DNA of 64,000 nt, from the NCBI GenBank assembly GCA_963924565.1, contig OZ004611.1, forward strand, positions 26,412,001 through 26,476,000, given 5' to 3'. This document shows, piece by piece, positions 16,501 through 29,300 of this stretch (position 1 is the first letter of the stretch; each line of letters begins with the position of its first letter). Under the pieces are notes generated by a model, which was given only the letters and a program-made list of their open reading frames with translations, did not search any database and was not told the origin of the DNA. The stretch comes from Ascidiella aspersa. Its lineage: Eukaryota. The position numbers and the translations under genes were made by a program.

Positions 16501-19500
16501 GGATCGGAATCCCATCTGGATTCGAATCCAAGGATTCAATATTCTACTTTGAACATCCCTACTACTGTTTTGTTTTAGATCTCCTTTTTTGCAGTTTATT
16601 TCGTTTTGCTAATGTAGTATAACTTGATACTTAAATGAATGTTAATAATTTATGTGGCTTGGGGTAAATAAGCTTCTCATAACATAGCTGTAGAAAACAA
16701 AATAGGCTGTTACGTGTGTATCAACACAGTAAACACCTAAACTTGTTAATTGTCACAAGCATATAATCTCAAAGTTCCACTATCATTAGGAGTTATTACG
16801 AATTGTTAAATAGGTTTTAAGACGGCGATAATTCTTAAGTGTTTTTGTATTTCGAAATTAATGTAGTTATTGTCTGTTTCTTTCTATCTTTTTCAGGTGT
16901 ACATTACCACGACTTTATTTCGGTCATTTAGAGCATACAATGTTAATGTAGCCTGTGCGTGCGAGCGACATTCGCTGCCCGAAGCGATGGCCACTCGGGC
17001 GAGATAAGTGGGCGCCAAGTCCAGTGTACTGTTTATCTTAGCAAATACCTGCTGGCCTAGTCTGCAGGTCTTTGAACGACTGATGGACTTTTTTGTGTTT
17101 CTAAATTTCCAACTTGGCCAGAAATAGAATTGTTAGCATGATGACTTTGCTAAATTGTATTGCATTTTGTGCTATATATTTGAGAACGATTCGGTTCTAA
17201 TATGCCAGTTTTTGATTCGTGGTTATTGCAGTAACATGTTATGATTTGACAATAATATTGTAAGTAGATTTGTGTAATGCCGATATTAATGCTAACTCTT
17301 GTTTGTGATAGTTATTAACGCTCATCTTTTACACTTAACCCAATATATACTAAAGAGATATATTTGTGTTGTTTGATTATTCCTAAGGACAGAATAGAAT
17401 TTATAATTACCCGGATAGAACTCACTTAGCGACTTTAGGTTTTGTTACTTATTAAACGAATATAGGATACTACCATAAGTTTCTCAACATAACCAAAAAG
17501 TCGCTATAGCATTACCTCTGCTAATCCAAAAATGGCTATTTTTTAAATAAACCTCTAAAATTGACAACCAAGCCAAATTTGTATTTATTTATACCAGTGG
17601 TTCTCAACCTGGGCAAAAAAATCGGTAAGCTTCTTGATCCAACTATTTGTGTACGATTAAAGACCATTATATCAAATGACATTTTTCTTAATGTTTTAAG
17701 TTGATTGTGTTGTTGCAGTTCCATTTATAGTAACATATCAGTAAAATACTCAACGAAAATTCCAGTCATGTGCCAAAATCTATTTGTTATTTTTAGGGGT
17801 GCCATAAGCAATAAAAGGTTGAGAGTCACTGATCTATACAAATCAACTTTACTTTTTTTCTTTAGGTTGCTCTCTATACCAGACAAGAGTTAAATGTGAG
17901 AGCAACGGCCAATTTTTTGCTTGCCTGCTCAGCTCATTTCCAACAATGTCGGACGTTTCTAAGCAAATATTATTCTGCTTCTGTGCAATTACCTTCAGAC
18001 TGGATTGACATAGCAGAAAAATATGTGGTGATTTTTGTTTTAATTTGAAGACATATTTATAATTTAGTCCAGTAATTCTCAAACAGTAAGCTGAGACCCC
18101 CTACTGTTTTGTTTTGATTTTTAACCAACTTTGTACAATTATTCCTTTTTTTATCTAAACTTAATTGTGCTAATAAAATGCTAACAGGTATTATTAACCA
18201 CAGGGTTGTCTAAAAATAATCTTTAAGAGTGTTTTAATGTTGTAGTTAATCAGTATGCGGGTTTATGTGTTTAGATTTACACATGTTTGTAAGTAACTGT
18301 CCTATTTGAACAACTTGTGTTTTTCACTTTTATTTAGAAGTGTTTGAACGAAGGGAACAAATCTCTGCCAGCTGCACTGCGCAAAGCAATGGTAAAAAAG
18401 TTTGCAGATTTTGATGAATATCAATTAGGTAAGTCAATTACAAAAATTTAGATTTAGAATATTGCAAAAGAAAGTTTTTAAAGCTTTACAATCTTAAAGT
18501 AATTAAAATGTTTTTGCCATTAAAAGTTGGCCAAATACATATGACAATAAATTGTTTTTGTGTTTATAGCGAAATACAACAAAACAACCAAGAAAGTGAA
18601 AAAGGGCAAGAAGGTTTGTAACACTCTATATAATATTAAGTGTTCAGTTAATTATAGTTCAACATACTCATGGTCATTCCCAAAACAGCTTTTTTAGTTT
18701 CATCTTTTTTTTATTCATATGAATTCATTGCAATTAGTATCACGAATATACAGACGGGCCAGAGTTTATTTCAGTGGGGGTCTTTGTGTTTTAGACAAAA
18801 CTTTTAAGTAGTTTCTTGGCATCCTATATTAAGGAAGAAGAATCTAAGCCGCCTGCTAACAATTTCACCTTGAAGAAGTTGATTGGTCAACTTCACATTA
18901 GTCAACCTTCTTATCATGTCATGTGCTTGCTTGGGAAAAAGTAAGTTTAGCTTTATTTTTGTAATATTGTTAACTGTTAAACAAAAAAATGCAAATCTTC
19001 AAAGTGTGACAAGTTGTTTGCATACAAGTAACTGTTTTTAATGTTTGATCATATTTAAAATAACTAAATGTGCTTTTTTCTTAGCTGACATTATTTCTTA
19101 AATTCTGATTTATTTTCTAATCAAGCAGAACTTCCAGTAATTTTATGAGACTACTGCATTCTGCCCTCATGAACTTGAAATACATCCGAAAACTAAATTT
19201 TGATGAAAATTTCATACAGCTCAGTACAATTTTTATTAAATTGTCATTTATATTTTCTTCGTTTCACAATAATTAAATTGATAAAGTTCAACAAAAAAAA
19301 ATTATTTTTAGCTTGCCAAAGCAATCCAAATCGAAAACAGTGCGAAGATCTTAAAGGGCAAATACCTTTATATTATTATCGCTTAACTAATTCTTTGGTA
19401 AATATAGTAAAGACATTTAAGTAACTTGGGTAAGTTTGGTTTTTATTTTATTGCACAAAATTATCACTGCCTATTTTGAAACATCGTATTTCTTTTACAA

Positions 19501-22500
19501 CAATTTTGAAATGAAAGCTTAGGCACACCACAAACTTTTTGGAATCACTGGTCTGTTGCTAAAATATTTGAATTGTGAAAGTTCAAGCATTGAAAAAAGG
19601 TTGATCACTGTTCCAATGCAGACTTTTTTTACTGTTTTATGAAGGTACCCAGAAAATGTTGATGCTTTCTACAAGAGTGGACTTGAGGGGACCTGGGATA
19701 GCGCAAAAGCCGGCACAAGAATGAAACTTGCAATCCCAAATACTTGGGAGACTCAGGTGTCGCTTAAAGGGAATAAACCAGAAACTTGGGAAAGTCTAAT
19801 TGGTTGGTTGCTCAATGACGTGTTATGGCATAGGAAGTTATTTTGTTTTGTGTTTTGCTGTATGTGTTTCGTTATGCAAATATCTGTGCAATGTCTAATA
19901 AATCATCTAATTCTAAATCGATAATTCCACCCAGTCATAACCCCAATTTAATGTATAGAAAGTAATTCATATTTTGAAAACTGTGATAGTTGGTGTTTCA
20001 AGATATGTTTTTATTGGAGTCCTAACAGAGGCTTTTTACAAATTACTATATGGAAATCAAATCAGTTGTTAGCACAGCTAAAGTGGAGATGTTCAATATC
20101 TGTGATGTCAGTAATATAAAAATGAAAGTGATAGTATGCACATTTACATATGATAACATGGTTGTTCATGATGTGGATTTTCTAACCCAACATTACTTGG
20201 TGCCAAATAAATATTTGAAAGAACCTTGGCAAACAGGTTTTTTGAATACACCCCTTCCGACCCCCAAAACAACCAAAAAAATAGTATATAACTCGTTTTT
20301 TATGCTAGGTCGACTAAACTTCATACAAAGTGTTTTTCCTTTAAACTGCCTTAAATTATTAATCTGCCATTTTTCATTTTGTTGTAGATTCTAAATCGCT
20401 CCCCTATATGGCAACATTGCGCAACATTCGCAACCTGCTGAAAAGTGGAATCAGTCAAAAGCATCGCCAGAATGTTATAAAATATCTCACAAACAAGGTA
20501 CACTGGCATGAATTTAAGATTTTCAAAGTTTATAATATTAAAATATTCATTTTCCCTTTTTTTATTCTATAATATTACAATATTCATTAACCCTATAATA
20601 TTAAAATATTCATTTCCCCCCCCTTTTTTTATAATTGAAATATTTCTTTTAAATTTATTTCTTTAAAGGCACCTATTTTCACTTGAATCAATTCATAGTG
20701 TGTAAAACTAAAGGAAAAAAGAACTGTTGTGATTGATCGAGTTTATGTGCGATGTTTCAAAGAGACAGTATTGCCTAACAGTAACAGCAAAGATATTTTT
20801 TAGAAATCCTATCCTGATCTATTGCGATGGTTTCTGACCATTTGCTGTTAAATTTAAGGCATTGTGAAACAAAACTTTTTATGTTTAATTTTTTTGTTTT
20901 GTAAAAGGCCCATTACTGAAGAAGGATTGAAACTACTGATATAGGGTTTCTCAGCTATATTTTTTATTTTATGACCAGAATGCAGTTGCCAGAAGTCGAC
21001 AGTTTCCCTTTCGATATCTTTCTGCTTACGAAGTTGTCGGAGAATTGCTGGTTGAATTATCAAAACGAGGTAAAACATAATTGCAACCAAATTAAAAAAC
21101 TAACTGAAAGTCCTTGTATATTTACAAAACTGTCGATTGTACATTGTGGTAAATGCTGAATATGACATATCTTGTAGCGATTTTCTTTTTTTTGCAAATG
21201 CTATAAAATCAAAATTCTCTTCTGAACAAAAAATTGGCTTGAATACAAATAGTGAAAAACCAACCATTATGCTTTAAATTTTTAGGTTGTTAAAGTACAC
21301 CACATGTAAAACGACTTTTTTTTTAAATGTATATATGGTTGACGCTCTCATAGGAGATAAATTTATTGATCTCAAATTCCATCTTGGTTTTTAATATTGT
21401 GTCTAGTTAAAGTTAAACACTTTTCCTAAAGTTTTGCTGAACATTACGAGAAGCATAGATCACTCTATATTTTATATATTCTTATCCTATAACTTTTACA
21501 AACTATGACAAAAAAGTGATGTTTTTTTTTGAACCACTTAGAACTTTACAAGAACAAAGGCATCAAGGCGTTTCTTTCCCCTGATTTGCTGGTGTTTCAC
21601 TCTATTAAAACTAAACCATCAACACCAGAAGCTATTGAGGGAAAGAAGAAAATCGCTTCACTAAAGCAGAGATTGAAAAAGTTTGAAAAGTAGGTGGATT
21701 AAGTTAGTCTGATAACAATATATATCAATTATGACGTCAATAGTGTTGATTGTTTAACGAGAACGTCCACACAATAGAATCCTGTTACAACCGACTAAAC
21801 CCTCCGACTATTATAAGATACTAGCGTTTTCCGTTGATCCATAAATCTCCACTTTTTTTTTTTTGCATTTTTGTTTTGATTTTATTTAGTATCTCAAGAT
21901 ACCAGGCTTGGTTTTAAATATTCTAAAAAAGTAATATACTTGTAATATTTATTTTGTTATTTGTAGCGCACATCAGAATCAGACATAAATGCTTTACTTC
22001 ATTTTGTTGATAACTTTAGTATTTCTATTTACGGTTCTTCTTTGCATAAAAAAAATTTCCTCACGAGGCGTGATTTATATTATGCTATTGGAATGATTAA
22101 AGTTGCATAGTTTTTCTACCTTTGTAGCGTCATTCAGAATTATACACAAACAAATTTAATATAAAGTTGTTTTGAGGTTGTTACCATACTGGACATATTT
22201 TAGGAATTCTCTTTGTTTTAATTGCTATAATAGAAATCACAACTTAATCATAGAAAATTAAAAGAAGAGAAGTGTATTTGCAATCGCGGATATATTTGCA
22301 ATACAATTGTTCGTAAAGTGGATTGAACGGTTAAGATTTTGGCGTTCATGTAGAATAGATTGTAGATGCTGTAAAGGAGAAAAAAATACCCTTGTAATCA
22401 AAACTTTTTCTCATGTGATATTTTCTAGAGAGGTACAGTACGACGAAAAGCTGGTGAAGGATTTCCAAACCGCATTGGAAACGTCACTCGACATCGCAAC

Positions 22501-23341
22501 TATGTGCAATTTGACCCCGATAAAAGGTCACACTCTAGTCTTGTGTGAGGCCACTTGTAAAATGAATGCAACATGTGGCGTCATTAGAAAGGGTAAGTAG
22601 CGAGAAAAATTAGAACTGTTGTTATTTATAGAAAAAAGTTTTGACCATTTCATTTTAGGTGATTGCCTCTTTTTCATTGTTGTCTGTTAATAGAATCATA
22701 CCTACCACAACATAGCAGTCTTAACTGCTACCCAAGTGATATTTTCTTCTTTAAACTATGACTTTGTATTTTGTTTAAGGAGCAAACACAAAAAAGGCTA
22801 ACAAACTCGTTTATACCTTTTAATAGTAGTAAAAATGCGGTATTCAAGGATATCACAATCCCAGTTTTTGTAACTTGTTAAGGGTTCAATAGAAAAAAAG
22901 TGATTTCCAAATATAAGAGAAAATAGGCATGTTTTTTTAACTCAATACCACATAAAATTGAAAGCATTTCCCTATAGACTAATAAATTAATAGTCAAAAT
23001 GTTAGCACTAAAACTGTTAAGAAATCTCTATGGCCTTTTTGTACTTCGCTAAACATCTCTGTTACGTTTCATGCTGGAGCAAACATTGTAACGATCATAA
23101 AAAAAAACACTTTTTTGTGCAATAAACTTTACTATATTTTTTAAGTGGCAATTAACATTCAGATTATGTGTTGTCAACAGAAAGCAAACGTTCGATCCTT
23201 GAAATCGGTATCCTTATGGGCTTGATGTGCAGTTCTGCATGTGAGGACTGCTCCTTTTCACTTTACTCTATGGAAAAGATCTATCCTGTGGAACTAGAAA
23301 AAGGAGGTTTGCAAAGTTTTTCTTCTTTTTTCTTTGCAATT

Positions 23342-23377
<36 letters not shown>

Positions 23378-26300
23378 AACATATATACAGGTAAACCATG
23401 CCTAAAGTAAGAATGTATTGCAACCTGCTCTTAAAAATTTCTATACATGTATTTCTATTCAATATCGGTGAGTTTACTTTATTATTAGATCAATGTAATT
23501 CACTCTTCGCAAATTATATGGGTACATGCAATGTTATAAACACGACATTTCAAAATGACCTAACTCCCAGTTAAGTAATTTACAAAATAAGTTAAGTTCA
23601 AATCAAGTCATTTTCAACTGTAATGCTATATCAAGTACCATTCCAAGTCAAGTTATTTGCAAAAAAACAGTTGAAAATAAAACTAAGTTGACGATAAAAT
23701 TATAAACGACTCGGTACTCAGGTCAATTATTTGAAAACATCTGAATTAGCTAAAGTCAAGTAATTGATTTAAGTCATTGCAACAACTAGAGTAGCATATC
23801 AGTGAGCAATAGTAGTTTGACATATCTATTTTTACGGACTGCTTTTAATGTTACAAATATATGTTTTTAAGGAATTCTGTCGAACATGAAAAGCATATTG
23901 AAACTGGCAGAGCTGATTCAGACTCAGTTAGAGGACCCGGACCTGAACATACCGATTGGATATCTCAACAAGTTTGTCCTGGAAAGGCAACATGTCGATA
24001 ATATTGTTTTGCTTACCAAGGGGCTTTCGAACGAAGACAATTCAGTACTGCATGAATTCCTCGAAAGGTTTGTTGCGTTACGCGTTGTTTCAATAACATA
24101 CTTTTAGTAGGGTAACCAGGCGGCACTATATAAAGACAAATTGTATTCTCGACAAGCTTTCGCACAACCGTGCTTCGTCAGGTCAATGTAGTAAAAATTG
24201 TCGTTGTATATTGCTACCTGATTACCCTATTTAGAATAGAAAAACACGACCATTTACAAAGATAATTTTTAGTTTTAAACGTGATGGAACTGGCCTATTA
24301 AATTTACGAAATACAGTGTTGATCACCAGTCGCACTAGCGTCTACTGATTAGCTTTGCCAGGACGAAATAATTCTCTATTGAAAAGAAGGCCCGCTGTAT
24401 TTTCGTTCTACTAATTGTTTTCACTGATGATTTAAACTGTCTTCTATTTTGGTGCTCTTAAATAGTTTGGGTATGACCTTTCTTCATTGTTTTGATGGAC
24501 TTGAATGCGAAGGACGTTTTACGAATTGTGATGCGTTTGATTAAATATGCGTTTTTAGACTTTGCCATCGTGTATCTTTAGTTATTCAGGCAATAATTGA
24601 CCTTCATTATTTGCTGTTTAAGAAACTTTGCCGCAGATCAACAAATAAAGCCAGTAAATATAATAGCAACAACCATTTTTTAACTCCAAATCTTAAACCC
24701 TGCAAATACCACTCATTGGGTGTCTCGTAACCTAATATGTTAAACATTAACTTTGCGAATCTCATGGAAGCTCCATTTAAACCATTTGTTCTCAACCTTT
24801 GGTAGACTTAACACTTGCGGTATGATAACGCTTTACAGGTAGACTTATAGCCTTAAGGGGTCCTAGAAAACGCAAATTATATTTTCACCTTTATAAATCT
24901 GCTTCTAAAATTAAAACCAGTAGGTCTATTTATAAGCTTTTGCCAAAACGTGTTTTCAATAGGCAGGCCGGTCTTTTTTCATGGCAAACGTCCACATTTT
25001 CAGTGATAATCATCTAAAATAAGTCTTTTGTGTTCCAGGTATCGCGCTCATGTGAACAAAAGTATGATGTATTACGAGATTCAACTTTCAGGCAAACATG
25101 CCAAGTTTGAAGACGGTTCAAACAAGCAGAATGTCAAGGTAGTCCATGTTTGATGCTGCGACTTATATCGGCTGTTGCGCAAACAAGTAGTGTTTAAACC
25201 AGTCTTTCTCAACCGTTTATGGCTAACGGCACCGCTGAGAAGTAATAAATAGTTTGCGGCACCCCTACAAGATTTTTTCTGTGGTTAACTCACTATATTC
25301 GCAAATAAACGGAACTGGAACGAAACATTTTAAAACTCTACACAATGTAGTAAAATATAATTTTATTTATTGGAATATAATCTTACGCAAAAAGTTGTAA
25401 GAGTTGAGAAAAATCAGTTTCTTAAAGATTCTAAAATATCTTTCGGTACTCTGATTTGCAGATAAAATAGCTCGTTGTAAGAATGTCGTAAAATGAGCAA
25501 CAAACTGCTTTAAAAAAAGGAAATATTTTAAAATTAACAAATTTAGAGACTACAGATAAAATAGCTTTCGTATATACTGTAGTTAAAACACAGTCTATTT
25601 CATGTGGGCGAATTTTCGTGAAAGATTTTAAAATGTGTATATAAGTCCGTGTTATCGAATATAGGATTCGCAAATAGTCTGAAGAAAATACCTATAAATT
25701 TGTCATTAAGTACTTTAAAATCCATCATTCCAGAAAAACAACTAAAAATTTTAAGTAAGTGGCGAATAAAATAACTTACGGTTTTTTCTGTCTATCAAAA
25801 CCAAAAAAATCGTTATCAACTTTACACTTTATTTGTTATAGGTTTGTGGATTCAGCGATCACATTCTACGCTTCATCGCCGAGGGTGGTGGTGAACAACA
25901 AGTCAATTATGTCGAAACAATCGACAAACGAAGAAATCTCGAACAAAAACATGAGAAGATTCAAACACCGGTCGTCTCCTTGACACAGAAGAAAGAGAAA
26001 CTAGCAGAGCGCGACAATATTCGTGTGTTTGTTTCATCCACACTAAAAGGTTAATATAGTTTTTGATGGACAACACAAGTGACAAAATGCAATATATTTT
26101 TTTAATTTTTAAACAATGACAAAAAGCCGTGGGATCTGATCCTCCTGTGAATTAGTTTAGACTCAGGATGAATTCTAAAGCCTATGCAGAAGAAGGTAGC
26201 ACTTTCTAAACGTTTCGATTATTTTTTTATTTATTTTCAACATGAATGGAAAATGATCGATTACGCCAACACACATTAGTGATTGTACATTGAGTTCTGA

Positions 26301-29300
26301 ATTTTCGTCTTGCGTTCATAGAATTCTTAAAACATTGCATCATTTTTAAGTTAAGTTAAGGGCTAGATTTAGATTTTGGTTTCAGGTGGAGCACGGTTAT
26401 TGATATTAAATTTAATTTTTCAAGTTTTGAATAATTTCCATGATTTCTTCCTAAATCCCAAGTATTTAAATAGTTTGTAAACCGGGTACGCATACACTCA
26501 TTAGTGGTTATGCATTGATTTAAATTTTGTTTACCCGTGTAAAAAGCCTCTTCCATTATAACTCTTTTATCAACATTTCTACCGTAGATATGAAACTTGT
26601 TTTACGACTGAGTGATTAACATACATTTTTGCTCGCTCAACCATAGATAATAATATATTTGCTCAAATAAAAGCTTTTCCGGTACGGACGTTTTGGCTAC
26701 CTATACAGGATGCATTTATTAGGGAGTGTAACAACACCACGCAAATTAAAGCGACACCCAAAAGGGGTTTCTGTCGTTTACTTTGCGTTGTGTTGAACGT
26801 GAAATTGTTGCATTCCCACATGAAGGCATCCTATCGGATAACCTAGATAAGTACCGGAAGAGCTTCTTTGCAGTAAACTATGCCTGGTAGCAACAACATA
26901 TTTATAGATAGTACACCGAAAGCCATCGCGGACTCATCGAATCTGTCGATAAATAAGGCAAGAAAGGCAGGCTAGAAAAACAACTAGCCTGCGGTGAGGT
27001 TCGAACTCACGACCTCCGGTCAAGCCGGGACCGTCGCTTGACCAACTGAGCTATGCAGGCTCACAGAGGAGCGAGTCGAGAAACAACAAACGCCCATGCT
27101 TGATACATTCTGTTACTACAAGCAACTTCACATTAAAGAGGATCTACAGTACCATAACAATATTTATAGATATGCTCGGAGAACGGAACATTCTTAGCAG
27201 CTACGTTTTTCCCGAGTTGCGCCGTAAAGCCGCCGACCTTGATCTTAACGTGACTGAGTGCGACCTCCGATGGGGAATTCCTTTAATGGAAAGGGGAAAG
27301 AACAAGACGGTGGAGGTGTGCTTAAGCGAGGTGGAGAAATGTCAACTCTTCGTTGGTGAGATTGTGTTGTAATTATGTATTGAAGACATGTGTTTTATTT
27401 CAAATTTGGTTCAGTGTTAGAAAAAAAAAATAAGTCACTCAATAAACAAAAAAATGTCTTAATTTTTTCGTTCAAGTTGACTAAACTAAGTCTTAAAAAC
27501 GTCGCCAAAACTGATTGTAAAATCTTTCTGTGTGATATACACAAGAAGTTAAAAAAATTCTAAAAAATACAGAAAAGGGCAACCTTGGTATCTATGTGCC
27601 TTTGTAAGCTAGTCCTATGCATCCTAAATGCTAAAGCCATGATATATGTTTGGAAACATGTTTTGATGGATGTGTAATGCATTTTTCCAGTATATTGAAC
27701 ATTCTGTTTCCTATTTATAATGGCATCATTTTAAAGGATGTATTTGTCTAACTCTAATTAGAAGAATCACAGGTGGCACTGTATAAAGACAAATTGTATT
27801 GAATTCTCGACAAGCTTTCGCATAACCGTGCTTCATCAGGTTAAAGCATAATGGTTGTGCGAAAGCTTATTGAGAATTCAATTGTCTTTTCATATTGCCA
27901 CCTGATCCCTCATTTTAACATGTACATGTACATGTTATTACGAATGAATTAAACAAACACGTTTTTACCACTATTGTTAAGGTATTATTGGTGATCGTTA
28001 TGGTTGGATTCCAAAACCAGGGGATTTTCCCAAAGAACATCAACTTCCCGATGATTTGAAAGGAAAATCCATAACTGAAATTGAAATATACCAGGTTGGA
28101 TTTCAATCACACACTAAAAGCAATATGGGTTTTTTCTAATATTGCAGCTTATAAATTTTTTGTAAACAAATTTTGGTCGTGAACAAGTAGTTGTATTTTA
28201 ACTAAAAAAACGGAATTGAATGTTACTCGAGTAGAATTAAAGGTATTCTCTAATCTCTATATAATCATGACATGTGATTGTTTTTTGTAAAATTCTAAGA
28301 AAATTGATTCTTTTTAAAACAGGGAGCTCTGAATTCACAGGAATCGCCGTTAAACAAGGCGTTTTTCTACATTCGAGATGAAAAATCTGTAAATAAGCTT
28401 TCCAAGAATCAAAGGAAAGAGTTTGCAGAGTCAGATGCCAAGAAGCAAAAACTGAAAGTACGCAGCATTGACCTAAAATAAAATAAACTGACAAAGTTAT
28501 AACCTGATATACTGTATTAAAATTATTTAAAAATGTTTGTCCGGGATATCTTTCTATTCCTGTAATAGCAACGATCAATATGTATTGGTAAATACTACTC
28601 CTTTTTTAAATTAATGGTTAGTTTTAAAATCTTTATGATAGGAATTGAAAGAAAAGTATAGTACTCCTGTTTTAAATTAACATTTTTTTAAATCTTTATA
28701 TTAAGAGTTAAGGAAAAATAAATATTACTACTTTTTTTAACTAACATTTAGTTTTAAAATCTTTATTTTAGGAGTTAAAGGAAAATATCCGAACTTCGCG
28801 CCACAAAGTTTGCGATGGATACGAAACCAATTGGACAAAGTCGCAAGATGGAAAGCTGGTGGCTGATAACTTGAATGAGTTTGCTGAAGCGGTTTTGGAA
28901 GATCTTTCCGGGGCCCTGCGAAGTATAGCAAAGGCGAAGTCCAGACAATCTACGCAAGAAAACATTGTAAGTAGGGTCAATTATTTAACAAATGTAGTTT
29001 ACACGGGAGTATATGTTTGAATCAGTGGTGAAAGAAGCAGGGACTGTCCGGAACGGCGTTCCTTAAAAATATTTTTTACAGATACGCCCTATCGGTGTTT
29101 TTACCAGGCTATCCCGCCATCTCCTTGAATGTATTCAAACGAACACTTCAGTAGCCCTTTTGCAAGAAATCGAATAATAACGAAACGTTTCCTAAGGCCA
29201 CTTTTTAGGTGTCCTATTATGACGTAAATTTATGACGTCATCCCTGAAAGTTTTCATGCGTCCCGCTAAAAAAATTATTCATCTTTCCGGTACGAAAAGT

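Noticed and set aside
15952-16578. ORFs 15952-16257 and 16384-16578
   Set aside because: They lie inside a non-autonomous MITE and have no transposase motifs.
17008-17017. TGGCGCCCA on minus as a tRNA-Lys primer binding site
   Set aside because: Only a 9-nt match, with no adjacent TG...CA LTR end or TSD.
16940-17080. HDV-like, twister or twister-sister ribozyme assignment (GCGAAUG on minus; UAAUGUAGC and CAAGUCCAG on plus)
   Set aside because: The required partner elements (P1.1/P2, the T1 pseudoknot strand, the GCUCA junction) could not be found. Left as an unassigned structured candidate.
26986-27060. Functional tRNA-Ala(GGC) or vault RNA gene
   Set aside because: The anticodon loop is abnormal, the acceptor stem has a mismatch, and the body is shared with a second dispersed copy, all indicating a SINE. 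The cloverleaf is unlike the vault RNA panhandle.
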